Of a stretch of DNA of 64,000 bases, positions 52,122-64,000 are shown piece after piece. This DNA is from Octopus vulgaris (Eukaryota), in NCBI GenBank assembly GCA_951406725.2, contig OX597815.1, positions 45,756,001 through 45,820,000 on the forward strand. The letters run 5' to 3'. Each line of letters starts with the position of its first letter. Position 1 is the stretch's first letter. The position numbers were made by a program, and so were the translations under genes. The notes beneath the pieces are model-generated. The model had not been told where the DNA came from and searched no databases. It was given only the letters and a program-made list of their open reading frames with translations.

Positions 52122-52741
52122 GGGCTTCTTTCAGTTTCTGCTTACCAAATCCACTCACAAGGCCTTGGTTGGCTCAAGGCCATTGGAGAAAACACTTGTC
52201 CAGAACTGCATATAAAAAGCACCATTTGAGTGTGGTTGATGCCAGTGCCACCTGACTGGCTTTTGTGCCAGTGGCACATAAAAAACACTATTTGAGCATG
52301 GTTGATGTCAGTGCTGCCTGACTGGCCCCCATGCCAGTGGCATGTAAAAAGCATGCACTACACCCTTGGAATGGTTGGCATTAGGAAGGGCATCCATCTG
52401 TAGAAATGTTGCCAGATCAGACTGGAGCCTGGTGCAGATGCCTGGCTTGCCAGTCCTCAGTCAAACCATCCAACCCATGTCAGCATTAGAAAGCAGATGT
52501 TAAATGATGATGATGATGATGATAGTTGGGAAGCAAATTTCTTACCACACAACCACACCTACACACACACACACACACACACACATTACAGACTCTCCTG
52601 TTGTTAGATGACAGTTGAAAGTTCTACAATTTCTTGCTGAACAACCACACAGATGATTTGTCTATAGTGATGTGCCTTCACACAAACAGGTGTGTGTGCA
52701 GTTATGGCTGTGTGGTTAAGAAGCTCACTTCTGAACTACGT

Positions 52742-52790
<49 letters not shown>

Positions 52791-55094
52791 ATGTGTGTGT
52801 GTTTGTGTGTATTTGTGTTTGTTTCACCAATGCTTAACAACCAGAGTTGGTTAGTTTATGTCCTTGTAACTTATCAGTTTGGCAAAATAAATAAATAAAT
52901 AAAAATAGAGATTGATAGAATAATTGCCAAACTTAAAATATGCACTGAGGTTGATATGTCTGACTAAACCTTTCAAGGTGGTGTCGTAGCATGGCCACAG
53001 TTCAGTGACTGAAACAAGTAAAAGAATGAAAGAATACATATATGTATGCATGTCTAATATTACAATCTCTGTAATATTGATATCAAAGCTGATTGTTCAT
53101 GTATATAAAATGTTTTCAAGGTTATATGGAAATTTAATGGTTTTGCAGATCCTACTGTCTATTTGTATAGACTGTAGCTTTGGTGATGGTAATAGTTAAA
53201 GAATATTGAATTAGTGTACAGGAAGTACCATCTTGTTTCCAATACATAAAAGATACGTGTCTTATATATTTATATAAACCTCTGTCACCAATCCATATTA
53301 AATGTGTTTGTTACTGTTGCACCGAATATTTCCCAATCTTGTCATTAAATTAGTTAAACAACACTGATTTGGTGCATAGTTCTGGTAATCATTACACAAT
53401 TATTTGGTAATTCTTGTTAGTTCAAGAATTTGCAACCTTTATCTCTGCTGGCAGAATCATTTGCATGCCAGACAAAATGCTTAGTGGCATTTCTTCCAGT
53501 TTTATGTTCTCAGTTCAAATTCCGCTGAAGTCGACATTACCTTTCATCCCTTTTGTGTTGATGAAACATGTACTAGTTAAGTTCTGTGGTCAATCGACTT
53601 GCTCCTTCCTCCAAAATTTCATGCTTTTTACCTACAGTAAAAAGAATTATTTTATTTATTTATCCCTGGTTAACCAAACTGTAAACCGGCTATCATATAT
53701 ACCACTCTGCTGTTGCAAGGATGGCAACAGAGAGAGGATATTTTAGTGAAACAAAATGCTTCAGTAGTCATGTATATACTTGATTTTTTAAGCCCTTTAA
53801 CTCAAAGCAGAATAGAATTTATGTAAAAAAAAAACTGTAAAATTGTTAATAAAAATAAAATAAAATAAATTTTAATCATTCATTCTAGACCACATTCAAC
53901 TTTGAAATACTTTACAACTAATTGTGTAGTATTCTTTATTTGCTACATCATTGGTATCTGTTCTGAACTTGTCACTTTTATATCTCAACTTAGACCCATT
54001 GACAGTATTCAACTTTTCTTAAATTCACATCTCTCACCCTGTACTCTCTCCTCATAACTGGATCTTCTTTGGCACTTTCTTTCTGTCCTTGTCTTCCCTC
54101 AACAATGAATCTGAAACAATTTAATCTTTCAGCATTTAAACTGGCCATATCTGACCCAATTATTCTACATGTTTTATGTTCAAACCTACCTTACAATGTC
54201 ATACTAAAAGTATACAATTACATCATCAAAATCTCAAAGGTATGAGATATTGCATGATGAGTTTAAAACAACGTGAATTATATTTGAAAGAGTAATCTGA
54301 ATGGTAAAGGGTTAAGACAAATGTTAACCATCCATTGTCATTGTTATCTTGTTGGAGAGAACCATGAAAAGTTGTTGACCAGAAAAAATTATGCAGATAT
54401 CCATTAAAATGAATGGAAAGTTCTTTTAAAATAGTTTTGTGAGTCATGTAGCTGGGCTCTAAATTTTACAGATAATTAGGTGTTCAGATATGTTATCAAC
54501 ACATGAATTTTTTTCGTTCTACAACATTAGCTTGGTTGAAGACGTAAATGTGATGGTATCAGATAATTATTAATATCTTCCTATTACTATGACTACTAAA
54601 TACCAGGAAATAACTAGCTTACCATTTCCTTTCTTTCTCTTTGTTTTACTGATATAAGATACAATTTCTTATCTTGCTATGAAAGAAAATATAGTATACT
54701 TTGATTGTAGGAAAATATCTTCCAAGTAGCTTGCTCCTAATTTCTGAAGCATTTTCTGATAAATTTCTTCACATTTTAAAAGGAAGTCAGTACATGATCT
54801 AATTCTTGCTGTTGTTAATATTATCAACATTATTGATGCTTTTGTTTTAAAAATAGTTATCTGTAGATAAAAATAATAATACTAATTACTATCAGTAATA
54901 GTAGTGTAACTGTAATTTTTATTTTTATATCTGAAAATGACAATAATCTATTGATGAGAGATAATGTTCTAAAACGAAAATTTAGATTTCATTAAATAAT
55001 TGATGATTTAAGCTTGAATTAAATTTTGGAAAGGTAGTGTTTTCTCTTACAGTTTCCAACATTATGCTCATATCTCACCATTTATGAATGATGA

Positions 55095-56050
55095 GAGGGT
55101 CACAGAAGAATTTCGAGTTGGGGTAGGAGTCCACCAAGGATCAGTTCTCAGCACCCTCTTATTCATCATAGTCCTCTAGGCAATAACAGAGATAGGATGC
55201 TCCTGGGAGCTCCTCTATGTTGATGACCTTGCTCTAATTGCTGAGTCACTATCAGAACTAGAGGAAAAGTTTCAGGTGTGGAAGCAAGGATTAGAATTGA
55301 AGGGCCTTAAAGTTAACCTAGCTAAAACCAAAGTCTTAATAAGTAGGAAGGCAGACAAACCACAAATCCCTTAAGGTAGATGGCCCTGTTCAATTTGTAG
55401 AAAAGGCATAGATAGAAACTCCATAAGATGTACCCAGTGTAAGCTATGGGCACATAAGAGGTGCAGCAATATCAAAGGGAGGCTAACTGGGAAGATAGTT
55501 TTTGTATGTGACAAAGGCTCAGGTGCTGTAAACACTGAAAATGTGCAGAGAACAGCTTCTGTCACATTCCAGGTTGATGACAGTACTGCCTGATTGGCAC
55601 TCGTGCCAGTGGAACGTTAAAAGCACATCTGAGTATGATCATTGCCAGGGCCATGGATTGGCTCCCATGCTGGTGACATGTGAAAAGCACCACTCAAGTG
55701 TAATCATTGCCAGCATCGCGTTACTGGCACATGTGCTGGTGGCACATGAAAAACAACATTCGAGCATGGTCGTTGCCAGTGCTGCCAGACTGGTTGCCAT
55801 GCAGGTAGCACGTAAAAATACCTTTTGAGCGTGGTCGTTGCCAGAACCACCTGACTGGCCCTCATGCCGGTGGCATGTAAAAGCACCCACTACACTCTCG
55901 GAGTCGTTGGCATTAGGAAGTGCATCCAGCTGTAGAAACTTTGCCAGATCAGATTGAGCCTGGTGCAGCCTCTTGCCCACCAGTCCTCAGTCAAACCGTC
56001 CAACCCATGCCAGTATGGAAAGTGGACGTAAAACAACGATGATGATGATT
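55095..56050 (+). mobile_element. Internally deleted RTE LINE: RT core with PHD-like insert, then 3' UTR with tandem units
   Basis: GVGVHQGSVLS..LLYVDDLALIAES..GLKVNLAKTKV..WPCSICRK..CTQCKLWAHKRCS..FVC, followed by the UTR and a (GAT)n tail. Confidence 0.9.
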
Positions 56051-59000
56051 CATTAAAGGATTAATGATAATTCCTTGATTATTTCACTGGCTTGCTTGCA
56101 GAGTTGATATTTTTCCTTATAGAGTAATGGTTTGTTAAATAGTCATGCATTTACTAATATGGATGTTTATAGATGTTTGTTAAAGCAAGGCAGACCTCAT
56201 TACTGTTATGAAATGTAACTGTTGTATAATTTCAATGATTGTATCATAAGTGGCATAGATATAGAATCAACTATATCTGTTTATTTAATATTGATTTTGC
56301 ATTTAAGAAAATATTGAACTGATTTAAAGGATCAAATTTCTGTTATTTTACATTGTTGATCATCAACATAGTGTGTTTCTTAAGTCAACTTGTGGAATGT
56401 ATTTAGAAAGACAATGTTAATGTTATCAAGTTGGAATCACTAGTGATAATGCTTAACTAGTGCAGTAGGATAAGTCATTGAAGATAAGCAGATGGAAATA
56501 TCAATGCTGTTTAGTACTTCTGGAATCTGGATATGTGCAGTGACATGTGGTCAGATCAAAGCAGCTAAGCTATGATTTACCATAGTAAATAAACATTTTA
56601 CATTTTCTCATATCAGCTCTGTTGTGCAGAAATGTTATTTTTTGTTTTATAAACCAGTCAAATTTCAGAGAATTTGATAATTTATGATATAGTCTCCACC
56701 ATAGTGATTCCTCAATTTTCAGACAAGCAGTGAGGTTAATTTTATACCCTAAAATCAACTACTGTCTATGTGATAGCCATACACCTGGCTGAGCTTACTG
56801 ATGGTTCTGTTTGAATCTTTGAATCCTTGCATCCTACTTCTAGACTTATCACTACAGGAACATACTTTGTGTTTGTTTGCTGTTTCTTTCAACATTTTTA
56901 ATGTTGTTTTTAAATTTCTTAACATATTTATCTATAATGTAGATGAATTAAGTTAAAATATTTCCTATCTGTATATAATTATGTGAAGCTTATTTCATTG
57001 AAAGATAAGCCAGTGGGACAGATCTGTTTCACATTATACATCTTTTTAGCACAAACATGTTGGCTAAAGGTGATTCTTTATAAGCATTTCAAAATGATTA
57101 TCATTGTTATTGCTATCACAGCCACTACTACTATCACTACAATATACTAGTGTTAAAAGTTTATAAAATGAAGGTAGAGAGCTGGCAGAATTGTTAGAAC
57201 ATGAAACAAAAATGCTTTGCAGTATTTCTTCCCATTCATTACATTCTGAGGTCAAATTCCGCTGAGGTCAACTTTGACTTTCATCCTTTTGAGTTTGATA
57301 AAATAAGTACCATTGAGCCCTGGGGGTCAATGTAATTGATTTCCCTTCCCCTTAAAATTGCTGACCTTGTGCCAAAATTACAAAGAATTATAAGTTTATA
57401 ATTACAGAAGTAAATATTCCACAAGCCATAGAAGCTCAGCTCTGAATTCTGTAGTAGTTAGTCAAATAGAAATTTCCCTTTGGTTACCATGCGAGTCTGT
57501 TACAGTTAAGTTCTTCAGAAGTGTAGAATCTATTCATTAGCTAAGTAGATTGAGTTATGAACAATTGTCTAAGCAAAAATGTCAACAAAATGCCTGAAAT
57601 ATAATATGGAGATATGGTTGTTCAGCATCTTATCTAATAATTTACTTTTCATATTCCTCCTCATCATTGTTCCCATAGTTGTCGTCATCATCATCATCTT
57701 CATCATTATTGTCATCTGCCTCCTTATCATCTTCATTGTTTTTTATATTCACTTTTTCCATGTGGGTATGGAGAAGATAATGAGGCAGTATTCTATGATT
57801 GGAAAATGCTCTTTATGATTGCAATTAACCATATTTTCCAATAAGTCACTTTATTCCATAGTTTTGCATGTTGGACAGTCAAGCTGCCAGATTTATTGTC
57901 TATGTAGGACATAAGCATATAAGTGCTGTCCAAACAGTGGTAATATGAAGATATGCAGACATATGCATGCATGCATGCATGAGCATACACATACATACAC
58001 AGAGCTTCTGTACAGTTTGTCTACCAAACTGGTCACCTTAAGGCTATGGTAGAAGGCACTTGCCCAAGGTACCATGCTGTAAAATTGAGCTCAAGAGCTC
58101 AATTTGCAAAACAAATAAAAAATGAGAGAATGGGCTCACAAGACAAAACTTACAGCCCCAGAAATAAGTAATCCTCTATTATCTGCTTCTTTATTATTTG
58201 TTACAAGATTTCAGCAGTCACATTCTTTTCTCATCATCAGGTGTAATGATTTTTTTAATGTTACTTATAGTATTCTTCTTCATTTAGTTACTGCTATTTT
58301 GTTAAAGATACATCACTATTTCATTTCTTTATTTAAGGTTTGAGTTCATCCCTTTTATTCATAAAATTTTTTCTAATTGCTGAGTTAGGAGGCAGGGGCA
58401 ATGCTCATACTCTTCATAGTCTCTCAATTGGTGAAACTAATATCATTAATTTTCTTCTTGAATTTTTGTTAAGTCAACATCAGTGGGAAGGACATGAGCA
58501 GGGAGGGAATTTCAGAGGACTGATGTTTTGGGAAGAAGGACTGAGTGTAGTGATGATTGCGGGATTTGGAGTGGTGGTGGTGGTTAAACACAACAAAGAT
58601 GATGAAAGATGGAGTAGCAACTCTGAAGGGCAGTGGCCACTATAGTAGCATTAGCGAAGGCAGAAAATGGGACAGTATACTTATGGGTCAGAGGCTGGAA
58701 TGCATGTCAGTGAGTTACTTTAAGCTAGCATTCAAGTGAATGGCTCTTTTCTGGATGTAGTCTAGGATGTGTGTGTGCATGCAGCAGCGTTGTACTACTC
58801 TAGATGTGAGTGCAATACTCTGTTGTGGACCTCATCTGAGCTTTGTATAGTATCAATAATTGTTGGGAACTGGAGTAACTTCTAGCCATGAAGAAAAGGG
58901 ACAGTCATTGGGATGCATTCTGAGTTATGTTAAAGAAGTGTTTTCATTAAGCAAGATTCTTTGGCCCCAACAATTGGAGCAACTGATTGCTCTACATTGA

Positions 59001-60653
59001 AATGTAAATTTAGTTGATTATAGAAAGGAAGAAATGGAATACTTACACTGTTTTTATGGTTATTAGTGCATAAATGTGATGAATAATATAGGAGTTGATC
59101 AGTACTCCAGAAAAAGAAATGAAAATGTTTTTAAGAAATTAGGTGGTAGCTAATTGTTTTTCATTAGCTACTTATTAAAGAGGTAGTTAATACTTGTTTT
59201 TAGTTAATAGTTATTTTTAGTTTCTTGTAATGAATACTTTAATAAAAATTGAATGCCTTAAAGTAATTCTTGTTGAGTAACAGATACATGGATAGCAGGA
59301 AGAAGCCTGGACAAAACAAAATAAAAACAAGAACAAAAATTATAAGAAAGTAAAACATTAGTCTGCATTTGAAAGTTAATATATCTCATAAGAATTGAGG
59401 AGATATGTTTAGCTCCTATGAAAAGTTTGATGCTATACTCTATTTTCCTTTCATCTTTAATAACTTATATTTCTAATATCAGTTTGTTACTGTGCTCTTT
59501 TTTTATATCTACTTTCCTCACTCAGTTACCTTAGCTTTCAATTTTCTTTCATTTATTATATATATAGAATATACTAAAATTATTTCCACCATTATCCTAC
59601 TTCTAACATTATATCTGTTAAAAATCATGTTGGAATAATTAGATTTCATTGGTCAGAAGCTGACATTTATATAAATATATTTCTGCTTTTATATTCTAAA
59701 GGATGAACAAAAAAATTTATTACTTTCTTTCTTTTGCTGCTCATAACATTAATTCTAAATCTGTTAAATTTGACCTTCTGAAAGATCAAAATGGTTTTAT
59801 TTCCATATCTATCACAGCTAGCAGTTTACATAATGTTACAAACGCTGTTATCAAAAGTTGCTCTAAATTTATTCCTATCCCTTTAAATCTTGTTTTACCT
59901 AGTCTGATACGTTATGTAGTATAGCTATGCACTGAGGTGATCACACTTATAAAAAAAAAATCTTTAAACCATTTCATTTGGGATTAATGATAAAGAGTCA
60001 AAATAGGTATGTAAGAAATATGATACATCTAAAGAAATCTGTTACCAGTAAAGCTAGTGGAAGAAGAATTTTTGACAATTGTCAAAACATATGTCACATA
60101 TTTTGGCATCTTTCCAATAGACTATGAATTCAATGCATATATTTGACATTTCTGAGTGAAATAAATGATAATGTTGAAAGAGTGTATGCTTCTTAGATAT
60201 TGGAAAGAAGATTTGCATCAGAGTAAGAGGGGAAAAAAAAAAAACTCAAGGGAATAACTTTTGGATTTTGAAAGCCTTTAAGCCAGGATATGAAAATAAC
60301 TGAGTGTTTTTATGGACCTGATGGGTGTATGAGAAGTATTGTAGCTTCACTTTGTAAAATGCATAGTATAGTCATTAGTCAACCAATAAGAGATTTAAGT
60401 AGAAATACTTTATAAACAGAAATACTTTTGTTGTATTAATCTGGAGAAATGGCTCCAAAATCCTTAAATAGACACAAAGGACTGATAGTTAACTGTTTTC
60501 CCCATAATATTAGCAGATGATATAAATATATACATAAAAACCACCCATCCACTCATTCACTTATCCTGCCATTTGCAGCATGCTTGTACTATGCTGTGAT
60601 CACTGTTTTTTTTTCTCATGAACTTCATTGATGGTGTTGGTTTCCTATATATA

Positions 60654-61610
60654 TCATCATCATCCTTTAACGTCCGCTTTCCATGCTAGCATGGGTTGGA
60701 TGATTTGACCGAGGACTAGAAAACCAGATGGCTGCACCAGGCTCCAATCTGATCTGGCAGAGTTTCTACAGCTGGATGCCCTTCCTAATGCCAACCACTC
60801 TGAGAGTGTAGTGGGAGCTTTTACATGCCACTTGCACGAGGGTTAGTCTAGCGGTACTGGTAACAGCCACGCTCAAAATGGTGTTTTTTACATGCCACCT
60901 GCACAGGAGTCAGTCCAGCGGCACTGGCAACGACCTCACTTGAATGTTTTATTCACCTGCCATTGGCACAAGTGCCAGTAAGGTGACGCTGGTAACGATC
61001 ATGCTCAGATGGTGCTTTTTACATGCCCACCGGCACGGAAGCCAGACAGCTGCTCTGGCAGTGATCCCACTCGGATGGATCTGTTAGCGCTCCACTGGCA
61101 TGGGTGCCAGTCATTGAATTTGGTTCAATTTCAATTTCACTTGCCCCAACAGGTCTTCGCAAGCAGAGTTTAGTGTCCAATGAAGGGAGGTTGGCATGGG
61201 TGCCAGTCGTCGAATTTGGTTCGATTTCGAATTCAATTTTGATTTCGCTTGCCTCAACAGGTCTTTGCAAGCAGAGTTTTGTGTCCAAAGAAGGAAAGGT
61301 ATGCATAAGTGGGCTGGCTACATCCCTGGTAAAGGCCATGGGTTATGGTCTCACTTCTCTTGCCGGGTCTTCTCATGCACACCATATTTCCAAAGGTCTC
61401 GGTCACTAGTCATTGCCTCGGTGAGGCCTAAAGTTCGAAGGTTGTGCTTCACCACCTCGTCCCAGGTTTTCCTGGGTCTACCTCTTCCACAGGTTCCCTC
61501 AACTGCTAGGGTGTGGCACTTTTTCACACAGCTATCTTCATTCTCGCCACATGACCATACCAGCGCAATCGTCTCTCTTGCACACCACAACTGATGCTTC
61601 TTAGGTCCAA
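60654..61610 (-). mobile_element. RTE LINE 3' end (ORF C-terminus plus full 3' UTR)
   Basis: ORF 61351-61590 (EDSCVKKCH..GRGRPRKTWDEVVK). UTR with tandem units and a (GAT)n tail. Confidence 0.9.
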
Positions 61611-62190
61611 CTTAAAAGAAATGAAGCAGTAATTAACAATGAGAAGTTGATCATTGGTATTAAAAAGTCATAGTTAATTTATCTCATTCAATTTAGCAAA
61701 CATCGTTAGTATGATTTAGAGGAATATAAATAGGAGAAAAAAGAAAAGAAAGGAAAACGAAAAAGTGCGTTAAGTCTTTAGGCTTACATTTTAGTGACTT
61801 TTTGGGTTCCACGTGTGTGTACGTTTCTTCAGTTAGATGAATGGAGTAGTAAGTGGGGAAAATGACTAGTTAACTGGTGTTTGAGATAAGGAGTTATCAG
61901 ACTTATAAATAAGCACTTTGATATGAATACCAAATACTCAAAAATCTTTAGCAATAAAATTAGAGTAGGCCATAGCCTAACTAGCAACCTAGCTACTATT
62001 ATAGTCTCTATCAACAATAAAAAGCTAGATGCCTTCTGTGAAACTAGAAAGAATAGCAATAAAAAAACACAACAATCAATTGATTGATATAATAAGTGAT
62101 TCCCCAAATAACTCGCCCTCTAAAAATTCGTACAACCACCTTATAAATAATAATCCCCCTCAACATATCATAGGCACAGACTATCTTACT

Positions 62191-62606
62191 AATCTATGTG
62201 GCTGCAGTGATAAAAATACTTGTGAATTCTTAAAGAAATGTAAAACTAAAAACGTAATATACTAATGTGATGTACTCTCAAATAATTACAAGAAAACTTA
62301 TCCTGGAGCAACTAAAAATGAAATGAAACTTAGATATAATTCCCATCACTCAAGTTTCAGAAATAGAAGTAAAACAAACTCTACAGGACTTAGTGGTTAC
62401 ATCTGGGAGCTGAAACATTAATTATAGATTAGAATAGCGTATCCTAGCCAAAGCATCTTCATATGACCTTAATAATAACTGCTGTAATTTATGCATAAAT
62501 GAGAAATTCTTCATTTTAATGGCCAAATCAGAATTACTTAATAAACAAGACAAGAAAAATATAACGTTTGCATAAAGATAAATTCTTATTCTCTAAATAC
62601 CGCTAA
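62191..62606 (+). pseudogene. Penelope-like GIY-YIG endonuclease relic
   Basis: CGC..CEFLKKCKTKNVIY*CDV..TYPGATKNEMKLRYNSHHSSF..STGLSGYIWELK//..RILAKA..CNLCINEK..LLNK, with stops and frameshifts. Confidence 0.88.
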
Positions 62607-63239
62607 TACCCACATTACAGGTTTTTAGCTGACCTACCTAATGCCTTATTACCTCCCTGAACCATCCCACTAGGCATAGAGCATAATTTAACATCACAGC
62701 GCAATTTAAATTAAATTAAAGTACCCAGATTAACCAAACTATCTATTTAAAATCTACATTATACACTAGGGTGTATAATCCTTGATAATATATTAACTTT
62801 AAAGCCGGATTGCTGACTCACATAACACATTATATTTTTATTGATTTTTGTGTACTCTTTATCTTTTTTTTTTTATTATTCCTTTACATAGCCCATATAT
62901 ATACATTATGTTGTACTAAATTTAAGAAGCATCATTAGTTTTTAACAAGGGCATTATTTGTAATCATAGGGACTAACCTAGTGGTCACAAACAATATTAT
63001 ATATTACAATTAATAACACCAGATATCTCCACGAGGTATAATTCCTTCAACTAACACCACCGGTCAATTAGTCATTTTCCCCACTTACTGCTCCATTCAT
63101 CTAATTGAAGAAATGTACACACACATGGAACCCAAAAAGTCACTAAAATGTAAGCCTAAAGACTTAATGAACTTTTTCCTTTTCTTTTTCCTTTTTCCTT
63201 TTCCTTTATTTTCCCTTTTCTCCTATTTATATTCCTCTA

Positions 63240-63321
63240 AATCATTCTGATGATGTTTAAGTTGAACGAGATAAATGCAAATTTACCTTGATTTGATAAA
63301 CAGAAACATCTGTAAATGGTT
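63240..63321 (+). ncRNA. Type-I hammerhead ribozyme in the Penelope pLTR
   Basis: AATCATT-CTGATGA-TGTTTA...TAAAT GCAA ATTTA...TAAACA-GAAAC-ATCT-GTA^AATGGTT. 7-bp stem I, extended stem II capped by a GNRA loop, predicted cleavage after 63314. Confidence 0.85.
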
Positions 63322-64000
63322 CTGAACTACAATTAAATAATGACTTTGTAATACCAATGATCAACTTATCATTGTTAATTACTGCTCCATTACTTTTCTT
63401 TTCGATATATATTAAACCATGGTTTTACCTTTAAATTACATTTAGGAGTATACATAGTGAGGTAATAGACTAGCAGTGTCTACGGATACATTTATCCTTT
63501 AGATGGTTGAATAACCTCTGACTAATATTTTGCTTATATGTATATATAATATATATATATATATATACACTAATATTATGCTTATATGTACATCAAGAAA
63601 AAGTATGAAACTTAGATGATTTGAAAATGATTAAAACTTTTTGAAGTCATTTAAGACACTGTTATGGTATGTTTTTAATGTATTTTGTTGTGATATTGAA
63701 GTTTACAACCAGGAGAGTGAGTTGTAAGATCTACCCTCCATCCATCTCTCATCTATTGAATCAATGGTTTTCTATTAGATTGGGCTACCTTGACATGTGC
63801 TGATGAAGCTTTCTCTCTCTGACCCACATTCTATCAATTCAGATGTGGTCCATTTTTTAGTTTCATCACTTACATTTTCTCTCTATATATCAACTACCTA
63901 CCTACCATAATCTCCAACACAGATAATGCCACTCTAAGCATCAGTACTTCAACATCTTGCATCAAATCTGCACTGCTTCTTTAAAGAGAAACTTTGAAAC

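Larger units (their letters stand above)
61613..63405 (+). mobile_element. 5'-truncated Penelope-like retroelement (Naiad-type GIY-YIG) with inverted pseudo-LTR
   Basis: 61613-61882 is the inverted copy of 63056-63405. GIY-YIG relic in between and a hammerhead in the 3' pLTR. Confidence 0.85.

Noticed and set aside
53121-53199. VIWKFNGFADPTV as a candidate next ARL6IP1 exon
   Set aside because: Wrong phase, and a stop codon follows within a few residues.
58082-58105. Small palindrome AAATTGAGCTC-AA-GAGCTCAATTT
   Set aside because: 11-bp arms at a SINE truncation point, most likely a repair by-product.
62191-62606. Possible selenocysteine recoding, as described for some Naiad PLEs
   Set aside because: The conserved Cys positions use TGT/TGC and the in-frame stops are TAA/TAG, not TGA.

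Overview
AT-rich, microsatellite-dense eukaryotic DNA. The repeat landscape (tRNA-derived SINEs, RTE LINEs with (GAT)n tails, TTAA-flanked MITEs, mariner/Tc1 relics, Penelope-like elements) looks like an Octopus/coleoid cephalopod genome; this is inferred, not proven. Almost all ORFs in the supplied track are spurious. The only well-supported host coding sequence is one 137-nt exon (34123-34259, +) encoding the N-terminal part of an ARL6IP1-like ER-shaping protein. I could not find its other exons, so most of the window is probably intron, and a 100-N gap sits at 32709-32808. The most striking signal is a set of unrelated Penelope-like termini, mostly inside (TA)n tracts and mostly arranged as fold-back inverted repeats, that carry type-I hammerhead ribozyme motifs. 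Three look intact (7912-7984 -, 16219-16306 -, 63240-63321 +) and several are decayed. One belongs to a truncated Penelope-like element with a Naiad-type GIY-YIG endonuclease relic. A second oddity is a C4HC3 PHD-type finger inside the reverse transcriptase of the local RTE LINE family.
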